A stretch of 48,659 nucleotides of DNA, taken from Candidatus Pacearchaeota archaeon. GTDB taxonomy: Archaea > Nanobdellota > Nanobdellia > Pacearchaeales > GW2011-AR1. A program made the position numbers and the translations under genes. The notes beneath the pieces are model-generated. The model was not told where the DNA came from, did not search any database, and saw nothing but the letters and a program-made list of their open reading frames with translations. How positions within the stretch are numbered: the first letter of the stretch is position 1; each line of letters starts with the position of its first letter. This document shows, one piece after another, positions 1-10,353 of this stretch. The stretch spans positions 1 to 48,659 of the forward strand of contig JAGLIS010000023.1 of assembly GCA_023142835.1 (NCBI GenBank), written 5' to 3'.

Positions 1-1062
1 TCTTATAAGAAGCTTATGACTAAGAATTTTGAAGTTACAATTATCGACGCTCCAGGTCACAAGGATTTTGTTAAGAATATGATTACGGGTGCTTCGCAAG
101 CAGATGCGGCTTTTTTGACAGTTTCTGCAGATGGTGGTGTTCAACCTCAGACTAAGGAGCATGTTTGGTTGCTTCGAACTATGGGAGTTAAGTCACTTGC
201 TATTTTGGTAAACAAAATGGATGTTGTAGATTATGCTGAAGATAAATACAAGAAAGTTGTAGAAGATGTTTCTGCAGTTATTAAGCAAGCGGGATATAAG
301 CCTGACGAGGTTCCATTCTTAGCAGGTTCTGCTTTGATGGGGGATAACATTGCTAACAAGTCTGACAAGATGGCTTGGTACAAAGGTCCTACTGTTTTGG
401 AGCAGATTGATAAGTTTCCTGCACCAGAGAAACCTACAGGTTTACCTATGAGAATGCCTATCCAAGATGTTTATGAGATTACTGGTATCGGAGTTGTTCC
501 TGTTGGAAAGATTGAAACAGGAATTATGAAAGTCGGTCAGAAGGTAATTGTATTACCTGGTCGAACTGGAACGGGGATAACAGGCGAGGTTCGAAGTATT
601 GAAGCTCATCATGAACAGTTGAAGGAAGGTGAAGCTGGAGATAATGTCGGTATAAGTATTCGAGGTATTGCTAAGAAGGATATGACTCGAGGAGATGTTA
701 TTTGCGACGCTGCTAATCCTGCAAGACTAGTTGAAGAGTTTGAAGCACAGATTGCTGTAATCAATCATCCGACAGTTATTGCTAAGGGATATACACCAGT
801 TTTCCATGTTCACACTGCTCAGGTTCCATGTCAATTTGTAGAAATCAAATCGAAGTTGGATCCAGCTACTGGACAGGTTGCAGAAGAGAACCCAGACTTT
901 TTGAAGAATGGGGATGTTGCTATTGTTAAAATCAAACCGATCGGAAATTTAGTACTTGAGGCAGTTGGAGATAATCCAAATATGGCTCGATTCGCTATCC
1001 GAGACGCAGGTGTTACAGTTGCAGCAGGTGTTTGCAAGAGTTTGGTAGAAAAGAAACTTTAA
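1..1062 (+). CDS. tuf: Translation elongation factor aEF-1 alpha, 5' end outside window
   Basis: Frame open from nt 1. IIDAPGHKDFVKNMITG and NKMD GTPase motifs, plus EF-1A-type domains II/III. Confidence 0.95.
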   Translation, partial: SYKKLMTKNFEVTIIDAPGHKDFVKNMITGASQADAAFLTVSADGGVQPQTKEHVWLLRTMGVKSLAILVNKMDVVDYAEDKYKKVVEDVSAVIKQAGYKPDEVPFLAGSALMGDNIANKSDKMAWYKGPTVLEQIDKFPAPEKPTGLPMRMPIQDVYEITGIGVVPVGKIETGIMKVGQKVIVLPGRTGTGITGEVRSIEAHHEQLKEGEAGDNVGISIRGIAKKDMTRGDVICDAANPARLVEEFEAQIAVINHPTVIAKGYTPVFHVHTAQVPCQFVEIKSKLDPATGQVAEENPDFLKNGDVAIVKIKPIGNLVLEAVGDNPNMARFAIRDAGVTVAAGVCKSLVEKKL

Positions 1063-1078
1063 ATTTGCTGAAAACTTT

Positions 1079-1109
1079 GGGTTGAATAAACCCTTTTTTT
1101 ATTTTTTTA
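1079..1109 (+). terminator. Hairpin plus oligo-T after tuf
   Basis: GGGTT-GAATA-AACCC stem-loop followed by T7 A T8, 17 nt after the tuf stop. Confidence 0.4.
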
Positions 1110-1298
1110 TAATTAAATCCTTGGAGATTTTTTCCAGGGGTTAAGAATTTTTTGATTGTTAGTTAGATGAATATATTTTATTAAGCTTTGGGATTTTTTA
1201 ATCTATCCTAGGTTGTTGCAAACTTTTTGATTTATATGAGTTGATAGAAATAATTTTATCATATAAGTTTTTAAAAAGGATTATTTATTTGGAGAGGT

Positions 1299-1646
1299 AT
1301 GGGATTGTTAGAGAAATTAGTTTTGCCAAAGATTGATAAGGAATTTAAATGTGATGCTGTGGTAATTGAGGGAGAAACTTATATATCAGGTGTAGAAGAT
1401 GTTCGTTTTGTTGGAACGGGGCGTGTAGTTGGATCTGTTTATGTAGATAAAAAATTGGAAAAAAGAGTTACTAGGGAGATTGAGTTTTTGATACCAATTG
1501 CATTAAAACGTGGGTGTGGTTACGAAGAATTTTTAGAATATGTTTCAGATAGCATAGACAGAGAATATTCTAAAATGAGTCAGGAAAATATGGATATTTG
1601 TTTTAAACCTATCTATGACTATTATAGTGATGTGTTTAAATCTTAA
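1299..1646 (+). CDS. Hypothetical protein (115 aa)
   Basis: ATG preceded by GGAGAGG. No motif recognised. Confidence 0.5.
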   Translation: MGLLEKLVLPKIDKEFKCDAVVIEGETYISGVEDVRFVGTGRVVGSVYVDKKLEKRVTREIEFLIPIALKRGCGYEEFLEYVSDSIDREYSKMSQENMDICFKPIYDYYSDVFKS

Positions 1647-1687
1647 TCATATAAATTCTTAAAAACTAATCTTGGTTTTTTTATGTT

Positions 1688-2251
1688 ATGGTAATTCAGG
1701 TGCGTGAGAAGACGATTGAGGAGATTGAGGGCAGGTTAGCGGGGATGGATACTGCGTTGAATAAGATTAATTATTTGGAGTCGGTGTTGAAGGCGACGAG
1801 TTTTAGTTTTGAGATTAAGCGGTTTTTATGGAAAGAGTTGTCTGAGTTGTATGAAGGGCGAGGGATGTTTGAGAAGTCAGCTAAGGCGATGGCGAATAAG
1901 GCTGGGATGGAGATTTCTTTTAGGGAGAAAATTGATAGTTATATAACTGCGGCGGAGTTGTTCTCGAGGGTTGGGAAGGTTGATGATGCTGAGGATATGT
2001 TTGTTCGGGCTGGGCGTGATGCGAATGTTGAACAAAAGCGGATGGTGAAGTTAGCTCGAAAAAATGTTTATATTGTTTCTGCACGTGAGTTAGAACGTAA
2101 GGGAAAACGGGCTGGCGCTGCGAAATTTTATGAGAGATTAATTAAGATGGATTTGGAGGAAGTTGAGAAAGAGGAAATTAAAGGGAAATTAATCCTAACA
2201 TATAATGCGCTTGGTTTGTTTAGAGAGGCTAAGTTGCTTGAAGGTTTTTAA
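1688..2251 (+). CDS. Hypothetical alpha-helical protein (187 aa)
   Basis: Long ORF with helical-repeat-like composition. No family recognised. Confidence 0.5.
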   Translation: MVIQVREKTIEEIEGRLAGMDTALNKINYLESVLKATSFSFEIKRFLWKELSELYEGRGMFEKSAKAMANKAGMEISFREKIDSYITAAELFSRVGKVDDAEDMFVRAGRDANVEQKRMVKLARKNVYIVSARELERKGKRAGAAKFYERLIKMDLEEVEKEEIKGKLILTYNALGLFREAKLLEGF

Positions 2252-2264
2252 TCTAAACTTAAAA

Positions 2265-3071
2265 TTATTTAATTGCTTTAAAATTGTTCCAAGCAATTTC
2301 GAAAAGTTGTTCTAAGGCTTGAGCGAAAAATTCAGTGTTTAACCAAATTCCTATGTCGTAGCTTGGATGAACTTCCTCGTCGTTTAGAAGCATGAACATT
2401 AGCTGTTCACCATCGATTATCATAAATCTTGCTCGAAGGTCTCCAATATCTTTGACTTCTGCAACCTTTGAAAAATCTTTGGCAACTTGTTTATTTTCTG
2501 TAGTTATTGGTGCTGAAATTTTTATTGTAATTCCTCGCTTCTTTGCTTTTTCTAAACTTGGCAAGAGGATTTCTAATTTTCTGTTTAAGCCGTCTGCAGT
2601 TGTTACAATTGTAATTGTCTTTTGTGCTTCTCTTATTAGCATGTCAAGATGGTTGTATATGTTCTGTCTTCCTTTCAATGCTCCAGATAAATCTGATGAT
2701 TCAATATATTTTATACCGTCGGAAAATATTCCGGTTAATTCTTCGAGGATGTCTTCCCCTTTTAATTTTTCTAGTCTCTGTGATTTTTCTTTTGCGGTAA
2801 TTACAAGATTCTTTTTTACTCGTTCAATTACTTCTTCAGGTTTTAATGCAACGAACTTTATTGGTTTACCGAGTTTCATTACGATAAATCCTTTTTTCTC
2901 AAGTGATTCGAGAATGTCATAAGTTCGGGAACGTGGTACGTCGGAAATGGAAGAAAGCTCTCCTGCCGTGGAAGTTCCTCTAGAAAGTAACGCTGTCCAG
3001 ACTTTTACTTCATATAGATTAAGATCAAATATTTTTCTCAGCCTACTTAAAAATTCATCCTTGACTATCAT
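2265..3071 (-). CDS. TrmB-family transcriptional regulator
   Basis: N-terminal wHTH (LYEVKVWTALLSRGTSTAGELSSISDVPRSRTYDILESLEKKGF) plus a TrmB-type C-terminal domain. Confidence 0.8.
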   Translation of the reverse strand: MIVKDEFLSRLRKIFDLNLYEVKVWTALLSRGTSTAGELSSISDVPRSRTYDILESLEKKGFIVMKLGKPIKFVALKPEEVIERVKKNLVITAKEKSQRLEKLKGEDILEELTGIFSDGIKYIESSDLSGALKGRQNIYNHLDMLIREAQKTITIVTTADGLNRKLEILLPSLEKAKKRGITIKISAPITTENKQVAKDFSKVAEVKDIGDLRARFMIIDGEQLMFMLLNDEEVHPSYDIGIWLNTEFFAQALEQLFEIAWNNFKAIK

Positions 3072-3156
3072 GATTGTTTTAGTTTAGAATAGTATTTAAA
3101 TGTTTCTTTGAATTGTCTAGGACTTGAGGAGTGAATAATATATTTTATCGACGCTA

Positions 3157-5982
3157 TTAGATTTTATTAAATTGAATTACGAATGTCTTGTCTTTTATTT
3201 TCCCTTCTTCGGAGTAGCTAAATTTTTTTTCAGCTTTATCAAATGAAATAGTTTTTGCTCCAACTCTTTCTTTTATAAAATCTAATTGAGTTTCCAATTT
3301 GTCATTAAACTCTGAAAAGATTTCTAATTCTATTGTATCTGTTTTTGTAAGTTCGGCTTTTTTCCTCGCTGCTTGTATTTTTCTTGAAATTTCTCTTGCA
3401 AATCCCTCGGCTTCAAGTTCTGGTGTTAGTTTTGTGTCGAGGGTGACTTTGAGTTCTTCGCCTTTTTTGTAAGATAGTTTTTTGATGTTTAGCTCTTCTT
3501 GGATAATTTCATTTAGCTCCTCGCTTGGTTTTATTGAGGATATGATTATCGCTTTTGCTAATGGCCATTTGATTCCGATTTGAGCTTTATCTCTTTCTCT
3601 TAAGGCTGTTGAAACGATGTCTCTAGTTATTTGCATTTCTTGTTCTAATTCTTTATCAATTAATTTTTTATTTTCCTTAGGATAATTCTCTAAATGAACG
3701 GATTTGTCTTTGCTGTTCATATCTTGGTAAATTTTTTCTGTGGCAAATGGGATTATTGGGGCTAAAACTTTTGTCAATTTTTCTAAAACGTATCTTAGTG
3801 TTCTTCTCGCATTATCGTCGTCGCTGTTGAATCTGTCTCGTGAGTTTCGAATATACCATGTTGACAAATCGTCAATATATTTTTTTATAAAGGCACAGGC
3901 TTTTATTGTGTTGTATTTTTCTAAATTTTCCTGAACTACTTCATTTAGTTTTTCTGTTCGCGAGATTATCCATTTGTCCATAATATTGTTTGATTTTTTG
4001 TAATCTTCATCCCCATTTTTCTGGTAATTCTGATAGAAGTTTGAAACGTTGTAGAGTAAGACTGTGATTTTTTTGTAAGTTTCTTCTAATCCTTTTTCTG
4101 AGAAGTTGATATTTTCTCCTCCGATAACTGGAGATGCTAGTATATAAAATCGCAATGTGTCGGCTCCGTATTTGTCCAGAACTTTTAGTGGGTCTGGGTA
4201 GTTTTTTAAGGATTTAGACATTTTTTTTCCATCTTCAGCTTGGATAACACCTGTTGTTAGAACATTTTCAAATGGGATTTTGTCGAAGAGGATTGCAGAT
4301 AGAGTCATCATATAATAGAACCATGCTCGTGTTTGTCCGATGTATTCTGTTACAAATTGTGCTGGGAAATTTTTGTCGAAGTATTCTTTATTTTCAAATG
4401 GATAGTGAAATTGTGCGAATGTCATCGCTCCAGATTCAAACCAGCAGTCTAAAACTTCGGGGATTCGTGTGTATTCTTCTCCGTCGATTTCTAGCTTGAT
4501 TTCGTCTAAGCAATCTTTATGTAAGTCAATTTTTTTTGGTAGTTTTTTTGCGAATTGTTTTAGTTCTTCGATTGAGCCGAGGACTTTTATTTTTCCTGAT
4601 TCAGATTTCCAAATGGGGATTGCAGTTGCCCAGTATCGGTTTCGTGTGATGTTCCAATCTGGTGCGGTTGAGATGTTATGTTGCATTCTGCCTTTCTTGA
4701 GATATTCTGGAATCCAGTTTATTTCGAGATTTAGTTTTAGAAGTTTATCTTTTATTTTTTGTATATTAACGAACCACGCAGGAAGTGCCCGATAGATTAG
4801 CTTTGTATCACATCTATAACAGAAAGGATATTCGTGTTCCATTTTTCGTGACATAATTGCTTTACCTGATTTTTTTAGGTCGATTACTATTTTTTCGTTT
4901 GCTTCGTGGACAAGTTGTTCTGCGTACTCTTTTATTTCTTTGGTAAATTTTCCGTTTTCGTCGACGGGTTGTACTATAGGAATATTATATTTTTTTGATA
5001 TGATATTATCATCTTCTCCAAATGCGGGTGCGATGTGTACAATTCCAGTTCCTTCTTTGGCTGTTACAAAATCTCCCAGTAAAAATTGAAATGAATTTGG
5101 GTTGTCTTTGAAATATGAAAATAGTGGTTCGTATTTTTTGCCTACGAGTTCCTTACCCTTAACTTCTTTTGTGATTGTGTATTCGTCTTCGGATTTGTAG
5201 AAGGATGGAATTAGCTCTTTGGCTAGTAGGTAGGTGTTGTTATCGGATTTGTCTTGGACGTATGCATAGGTCAATTTTGGATTAATTGCTAACGCTAAGT
5301 TTGAGGGGAGCGTCCACGGAGTTGTTGTCCATGCGATTGCGTAGGTGTTATCTTCGTTTTCGAGTTTGAACTTTACTGTTACTGTTAGATCTTTTACTAT
5401 CTTATATGAATTGTCCATTGCAATTTCGGATTTTGCTAATGGTGTCGAACATCGTGGGCAATACATGAGAATCTTTTCTCCCTCGTATAAGTATCCTTTA
5501 TCGTAAAGTTGTTTGAATGCCCACCAGACTGATTCGATGTAGTTTGTGTCCATGGTTTTGTATCCACCTTCCCAGTCAACCCATCTTCCGATTTTGTCTA
5601 TGTATATTTTCCAATCATTGGCGTAGGTTAAAACTTTACTTCGACAATAGTCGTTGAATTTTTTAATGCCCATTTTTTCAATTTCATTTTTAGAATTAAT
5701 TTTCAGATCTTTTTCGGCGATGTTCTCGATTGGGAGTCCGTGGCAATCCCAGCCCCATGTTCTTTTAACGAATCTTCCCTGCATTGTGAAGAATCTTGGG
5801 AAGACGTCTTTTAGGATTGAAGGGAGTAGGCTTCCGTAATGAGGTAGTCCTGTTGCGAATGGAGGCCCATCGTAGAAAATATAAGGTTTACCTTTTTCTG
5901 TTTTCTTTAATGATTTTTCAAATGTCTTGTCCTTTTTCCAGAAATCTAGAATTTCTATTTCTATTTCTTTAATTTCCGCCAT
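3157..5982 (-). CDS. ileS: Isoleucyl-tRNA synthetase
   Basis: PPFATGLPHYGS (HIGH region), WDCHGLPIE, KMSKSLKN. Confidence 0.95.
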   Translation of the reverse strand: MAEIKEIEIEILDFWKKDKTFEKSLKKTEKGKPYIFYDGPPFATGLPHYGSLLPSILKDVFPRFFTMQGRFVKRTWGWDCHGLPIENIAEKDLKINSKNEIEKMGIKKFNDYCRSKVLTYANDWKIYIDKIGRWVDWEGGYKTMDTNYIESVWWAFKQLYDKGYLYEGEKILMYCPRCSTPLAKSEIAMDNSYKIVKDLTVTVKFKLENEDNTYAIAWTTTPWTLPSNLALAINPKLTYAYVQDKSDNNTYLLAKELIPSFYKSEDEYTITKEVKGKELVGKKYEPLFSYFKDNPNSFQFLLGDFVTAKEGTGIVHIAPAFGEDDNIISKKYNIPIVQPVDENGKFTKEIKEYAEQLVHEANEKIVIDLKKSGKAIMSRKMEHEYPFCYRCDTKLIYRALPAWFVNIQKIKDKLLKLNLEINWIPEYLKKGRMQHNISTAPDWNITRNRYWATAIPIWKSESGKIKVLGSIEELKQFAKKLPKKIDLHKDCLDEIKLEIDGEEYTRIPEVLDCWFESGAMTFAQFHYPFENKEYFDKNFPAQFVTEYIGQTRAWFYYMMTLSAILFDKIPFENVLTTGVIQAEDGKKMSKSLKNYPDPLKVLDKYGADTLRFYILASPVIGGENINFSEKGLEETYKKITVLLYNVSNFYQNYQKNGDEDYKKSNNIMDKWIISRTEKLNEVVQENLEKYNTIKACAFIKKYIDDLSTWYIRNSRDRFNSDDDNARRTLRYVLEKLTKVLAPIIPFATEKIYQDMNSKDKSVHLENYPKENKKLIDKELEQEMQITRDIVSTALRERDKAQIGIKWPLAKAIIISSIKPSEELNEIIQEELNIKKLSYKKGEELKVTLDTKLTPELEAEGFAREISRKIQAARKKAELTKTDTIELEIFSEFNDKLETQLDFIKERVGAKTISFDKAEKKFSYSEEGKIKDKTFVIQFNKI

Positions 5983-6136
5983 AATATATGTTATTTGGAG
6001 GGTTATTTAAGATTTGTTATATATTTAAAAATCGAATATTTCTTTCTTTTTTATGGAATTGAGAAGGAATAAGATTTTTTATGATTTTGTTAGAAGTCTT
6101 TCCAATATAGGTATTTGTTCTAAGTTAGCAAGATTA

Positions 6137-6850
6137 TCAGGACTTCAAGTTTCCTAAGGCTTCTTCTTCGAGGAAATGCATTTCGCTTGGGATGATTAGA
6201 CAGAATGGCATTTTGATTTCTATTTCTTTAAGATTGTCTAGAGTTTCGTAGAATATTTTTTGGTTTTGAGTTCCTATGTTTGAGCATGCGATAATTTTTC
6301 CTGGAATTTTAATTTTTTCTTTTTCTGAGGAATTTTTTAATTGATTAATTGCATCTACTATTTTGAGTCCTATATCTGTTAAAATAAGGGTATGTGCTTT
6401 TATGGATTGATTTTCTTTTATGTAATTCATGAAGGAAGTCGGTTTGTTTGTGTGTTCTTCCCAGTTTGGCATCGAAGCTGTTTTTCCGAATTTGTAGAGT
6501 TGAAGTCCTGTTTCTGCGATTGCTGTCATGATTGAAGCGTTATGAAAAATCTGGTATTCGATTTTTTGTTTTTTGCATTCGAGGATTAGTTGAATATGCG
6601 TTGTTGCAGAGAGTGAATCTCCGTAGACTAGGAGCGCTATGTTTTGATTTTTCGCTTCTTTAATGATTGATTCGTTTTCTACCATATCTCTTTTTAATTC
6701 TATGAATTTTAATTTGAGTTCTTTTAGAGCGTAGGGAAAGTTTACAGTGTAATTTTCTAAATAGATTTTATCACAGGTTTTGAGAATTTTTAGGGCGTTT
6801 GCTGAGATTGAATTTTCATTGAGACCTGTACCTATTAAATAGAATGTCAT
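6137..6850 (-). CDS. dph5: Diphthine synthase
   Basis: MTFYLIGTGL...KIYLENYT and YGDSLSATTH, typical of the tetrapyrrole-methylase-fold Dph5. Confidence 0.9.
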   Translation of the reverse strand: MTFYLIGTGLNENSISANALKILKTCDKIYLENYTVNFPYALKELKLKFIELKRDMVENESIIKEAKNQNIALLVYGDSLSATTHIQLILECKKQKIEYQIFHNASIMTAIAETGLQLYKFGKTASMPNWEEHTNKPTSFMNYIKENQSIKAHTLILTDIGLKIVDAINQLKNSSEKEKIKIPGKIIACSNIGTQNQKIFYETLDNLKEIEIKMPFCLIIPSEMHFLEEEALGNLKS

Positions 6851-6932
6851 GTTTGTAAGATGAAATTTGGGATTTTAAGGTTATTGTTTAGAGTATACTA
6901 ATATTTTTAAATTATTTTGAAACAATGACTAA

Positions 6933-7595
6933 ATGGGTAAAATAATAATCAATAGCGATAAATGGAAAATATATGCTGATGCTGTAGGGGATAAGAATCC
7001 GATTCATCGATGTGATGTATTTGCTAAGAATACTATATTAAAAAATGTTATTGCTCCTGGGATGTATTTGGTTTCGCATGTTCAAGGAAATTTTCAGATT
7101 CGAGAAGCTGAATTTAATTTTAGGAAACCTGTTTATGATGGTGATAAAATTTTAAGAGAAGGAGGGTCGTTTTATAATGATAAGGGGATTGTTTGTGAGG
7201 GAAATGTTACTCTTGGAGAACCAACTGGTAAAACTGTTTCTTTGCCTAAAGGAATTTTTTCTTACAATTCTTCGGTAACTAAAGAGAATCTAAAAGACTT
7301 TTATGATTCTATTGGATTTAAGGGAGAGAGAAATTCTCACCCTGAGATGTATTTAATGGCACTTTCTGCTCCAGCTTTGCTTAATTATGGAGAATCTATG
7401 GGGTTTGTGGGAGTTCATGCTTCTCAATCTATAGAGGTTTGTAAGCCTTTTGGCTTGAATGATGTTCGTGTTCGTGTTTCTGTTGAGGAGAAGATAAAAA
7501 TTAATAAGAGGGTGTGTATTTTTAATTTGTATTGGCGTTTGGAAGATGAAGTCGTCGCTGTAGGTGAATCTAAGGTTTTACCGATTTCTATTTAA
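6933..7595 (+). CDS. MaoC-like (hot-dog fold) dehydratase family protein
   Basis: GDKNPIHRCDVFAK...IAPGMY motif. Confidence 0.6.
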   Translation: MGKIIINSDKWKIYADAVGDKNPIHRCDVFAKNTILKNVIAPGMYLVSHVQGNFQIREAEFNFRKPVYDGDKILREGGSFYNDKGIVCEGNVTLGEPTGKTVSLPKGIFSYNSSVTKENLKDFYDSIGFKGERNSHPEMYLMALSAPALLNYGESMGFVGVHASQSIEVCKPFGLNDVRVRVSVEEKIKINKRVCIFNLYWRLEDEVVAVGESKVLPISI

Positions 7596-8373
7596 CTTTA
7601 AATTTTGCTTGCCAACGATATTTGTAAGGTCCTATATCTCCTGCTTTTCTTATTGAGATTTTTCCTATTTTATTTTTGGTGTCTTTTTTTATTTCATTGA
7701 GAACTTCTTCTTTTGTTCCGAAACCATGATAGAAAATTGTTGTTCCTTTTTTTGAAAGTTTAAGTGCAGTTTCTAGAAATGTTTCTTTGAGATTTGGTCT
7801 TGGCATTAAAATAATGTCGAATTTTTCTTTTAACTTTATTGGGAGTTTTTTTGCATTTCCTTCTTCAAGAGTTATATTGTCTGAAAGTTTGTTTAAAGCG
7901 ATATTTTTCCTCCCTGCAATATTTGCTTTTTTGTTTAATTCATTGGAGATTATTGTTGCTTGTTTTTTTGATTGTTTAAGTTTTTTTGCAATGACTATCG
8001 GATATGGAGAGATACCTGCAAACAGAACTAAGATTTTAGTTCCTTTTTTCTTAGATAATTTTACTACTTCGTCGGCGATTATTTTTCTTTCGTTTGAGAG
8101 TCTTGGTGAAAAGTAGGATTCGTTGACGTTATATTTGAAAATGCAGTTGTTTTCCTTGTAAGTAGCTTCTTTTGTTTTTAGACCTGCTAGATGTTTTGTT
8201 TTTAATGTTCTGAGTTTTCCAGAGAATCCTTCTGTTTTTTCTAAGACTGTTTTTATAGTTTTATTTTTATTTAAAAATATTTTAGCTTTAAGTTTTTTTA
8301 TTAACCAAAGTGTTCGTCTTGGGAATTTCAGGATTGCGATGTCGCCGATTATGTCTTGAGGTATTTTTCCCAT
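7588..8373 (-). CDS. trm5: tRNA methyltransferase of the Trm5/Taw22 (Met-10+) family
   Basis: YFSPRLSNERKII and LFAGISPYPIVIAKK, a class I SAM methyltransferase pattern. Confidence 0.7.
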   Translation of the reverse strand: MGKIPQDIIGDIAILKFPRRTLWLIKKLKAKIFLNKNKTIKTVLEKTEGFSGKLRTLKTKHLAGLKTKEATYKENNCIFKYNVNESYFSPRLSNERKIIADEVVKLSKKKGTKILVLFAGISPYPIVIAKKLKQSKKQATIISNELNKKANIAGRKNIALNKLSDNITLEEGNAKKLPIKLKEKFDIILMPRPNLKETFLETALKLSKKGTTIFYHGFGTKEEVLNEIKKDTKNKIGKISIRKAGDIGPYKYRWQAKFKVK

Positions 8374-8447
8374 ATAATTGATTATTAGGAAATTTTATAA
8401 AGGTTGTTGATTTGATTTATTTGAGGTAGGGGATGCAATAAGAGGTT

Positions 8448-8750
8448 ATGGTTAAAAAGAAAAAAGGGATGATGAAGAAAAAGAAGGATGAGAAAAAAGA
8501 TGATTTTTGGTTTAGGAAATCTGTTGATTCTAAGAGTGTTGATTGGGATTGGGTGCCAGTTAACTGGAAGGGAGGGGTTAGTTTATTTTTGTTAGTAGGG
8601 ATTAATGTTTTTGCTGCGAATTATTTTCAGATTAATGAATTGGTTATGAGTTCTTGGTCGAAGTTTGGTGTTGTGTTTTTGGTTTCTCTTTTTGTTTTTA
8701 TTATGATTGCTCGGCGAAAGACGAGGGGTGTTAAGGTTAAGAAGTATTAA
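8448..8750 (+). CDS. Small membrane protein with Lys-rich N-terminus
   Basis: Two hydrophobic segments. No family recognised. Confidence 0.45.
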   Translation: MVKKKKGMMKKKKDEKKDDFWFRKSVDSKSVDWDWVPVNWKGGVSLFLLVGINVFAANYFQINELVMSSWSKFGVVFLVSLFVFIMIARRKTRGVKVKKY

Positions 8751-8813
8751 CCTAAACATTTATTAATTTCTTGTGGTTATATTTTTGTATGGAAGGATGG
8801 TTGAAATTATAAG

Positions 8814-9182
8814 ATGCCACACCAATGCGTTCATTGTGGGAAAATAGTTGAGGTTGGGAGTAGGGAGATTCTTGAGGGTTGTAGTAGTTGTAGTGGGAAA
8901 TTTTTTTTCTATATTCGTGAGGAACAGGTGGCTCAAATAAAGGCTTCGAAGGAGACTTTAATTCCTGAATTTGATACGGTGGATAAGAAACAGATAGAGT
9001 CTGATGTGAGGGCTATTTTGAAAATTGAGGATGAGTTGAAGCCAGTCGTTCTGGATTTGGAAAGTATTAGGGTTTTGAAGCCAGGACAATTTGAGATTGA
9101 CATTGTTTCGTTGATGAATCGGAAACCAATTATTTTTAAGTTACAGGAAGGTAAATACTTAATTGATATTGAAAGGATGTGA
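8814..9182 (+). CDS. Zn-ribbon protein
   Basis: CVHCGK...CSSCSGKFF N-terminal CxxC/CxxC ribbon, similar to conserved archaeal Zn-ribbon proteins. Confidence 0.6.
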   Translation: MPHQCVHCGKIVEVGSREILEGCSSCSGKFFFYIREEQVAQIKASKETLIPEFDTVDKKQIESDVRAILKIEDELKPVVLDLESIRVLKPGQFEIDIVSLMNRKPIIFKLQEGKYLIDIERM

Positions 9183-9224
9183 AGTTTGGAAAGATTAATA
9201 AATCTGTATTTCGTTTAATTTTTT

Positions 9225-10295
9225 ATGAACAAAAGAGGTATCTCAGCAATTGTAGCTACGGTCTTAATAATTTTAGTTACCGTCGCTGGTGTGACGATTG
9301 TTTGGGCGGCGATTATTCCTTTGATTCAGCAGAGCTTCGAGTTTTCTGAGTTGGAAGGAAGGGTCAGCGTCGTGAGTTCTGGAGGTTATACTTCCTATGA
9401 TGCCGACAAGAAACTTGCGATGGTGCAAGTTAAACGAGATGTTGACGACGAGGTCATGGAAAGTATTAAAATTCTTTTTTCCGTCAACGGTTCCAGCTTC
9501 GGGAGTTCGGTTCCAGCGCCAGAATCGGGACTAACTAAAGTTTATACTTTTGATTTAAGCGATTATGGTGAACCCGACTCTGTGAAAGTTGTTCCAATTT
9601 TTGTCGTCGGTAATACTGAAAAAGAAGGGTCGGTGACTTCCGATGTTAGAATGTCAAAGGGAGTAATTTCAGAAGTTGCGGATATTGTTTATGAATTGGG
9701 GGGAGATTATCAAACTCTTAGAAGGTCATGTTTAGAAATTCTCGATGCTGGAGTTTCCGTAGGTGATGGAGTTTACGATATTTTTATTGGAGGGGATTCA
9801 GTTTCCGTTTATTGTGATATGACTACCGACGGTGGGGGGTGGACGAGGATAGATTTTGTTAACGACCTTCCCCATATAAATCGTTGGACAGGTGGAGATA
9901 CGTGGAGATGGTTGCCTTCAAATTTTGAAACAGTTTTGTCTTCAAATCAAATTCAAGCAATACAATCAATTTCAACAGAAGGTAAGCAGAGGTATGATGG
10001 AACTTGTAATGGAGTCTTACATTATTACTTTGTTGATTGGAACACTTATGATTATTCTTTTGGGTTTAGATTTTTAAATGGTGATGTAACAAGTAATGGG
10101 GTTTCAGATTTAGGGGTTGATTTTACAATAGTTTTGGATGATTGTAAAAATAACAACAACAATGTTCTAGAACATACAATTTTAGATATTAATGATATTA
10201 GGGTTCCGATAGTAAATGTAATGAGTCAGGATAATGGGGGATCTGGAGAGATGTTTGGTTCAGCTCTAACGGCAAATCCTGCGTGGTTGAGATAA
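9225..10295 (+). CDS. Archaeal type IV pilin-like protein with fibrinogen-like YCDxxxxGGGW C-terminal domain
   Basis: Class III signal peptide MNKRG|ISAIVATVLIILVTVAG. Later SCLEILDAG..GDGVYDI......VYCDMTTDGGGWTRI. Confidence 0.75.
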   Translation: MNKRGISAIVATVLIILVTVAGVTIVWAAIIPLIQQSFEFSELEGRVSVVSSGGYTSYDADKKLAMVQVKRDVDDEVMESIKILFSVNGSSFGSSVPAPESGLTKVYTFDLSDYGEPDSVKVVPIFVVGNTEKEGSVTSDVRMSKGVISEVADIVYELGGDYQTLRRSCLEILDAGVSVGDGVYDIFIGGDSVSVYCDMTTDGGGWTRIDFVNDLPHINRWTGGDTWRWLPSNFETVLSSNQIQAIQSISTEGKQRYDGTCNGVLHYYFVDWNTYDYSFGFRFLNGDVTSNGVSDLGVDFTIVLDDCKNNNNNVLEHTILDINDIRVPIVNVMSQDNGGSGEMFGSALTANPAWLR

Positions 10296-10353
10296 TGTGT
10301 TTAGGTTATTAATTAGAGAGTAGTTTTAAATAATAGGTTTTACTTTTTTTTGT

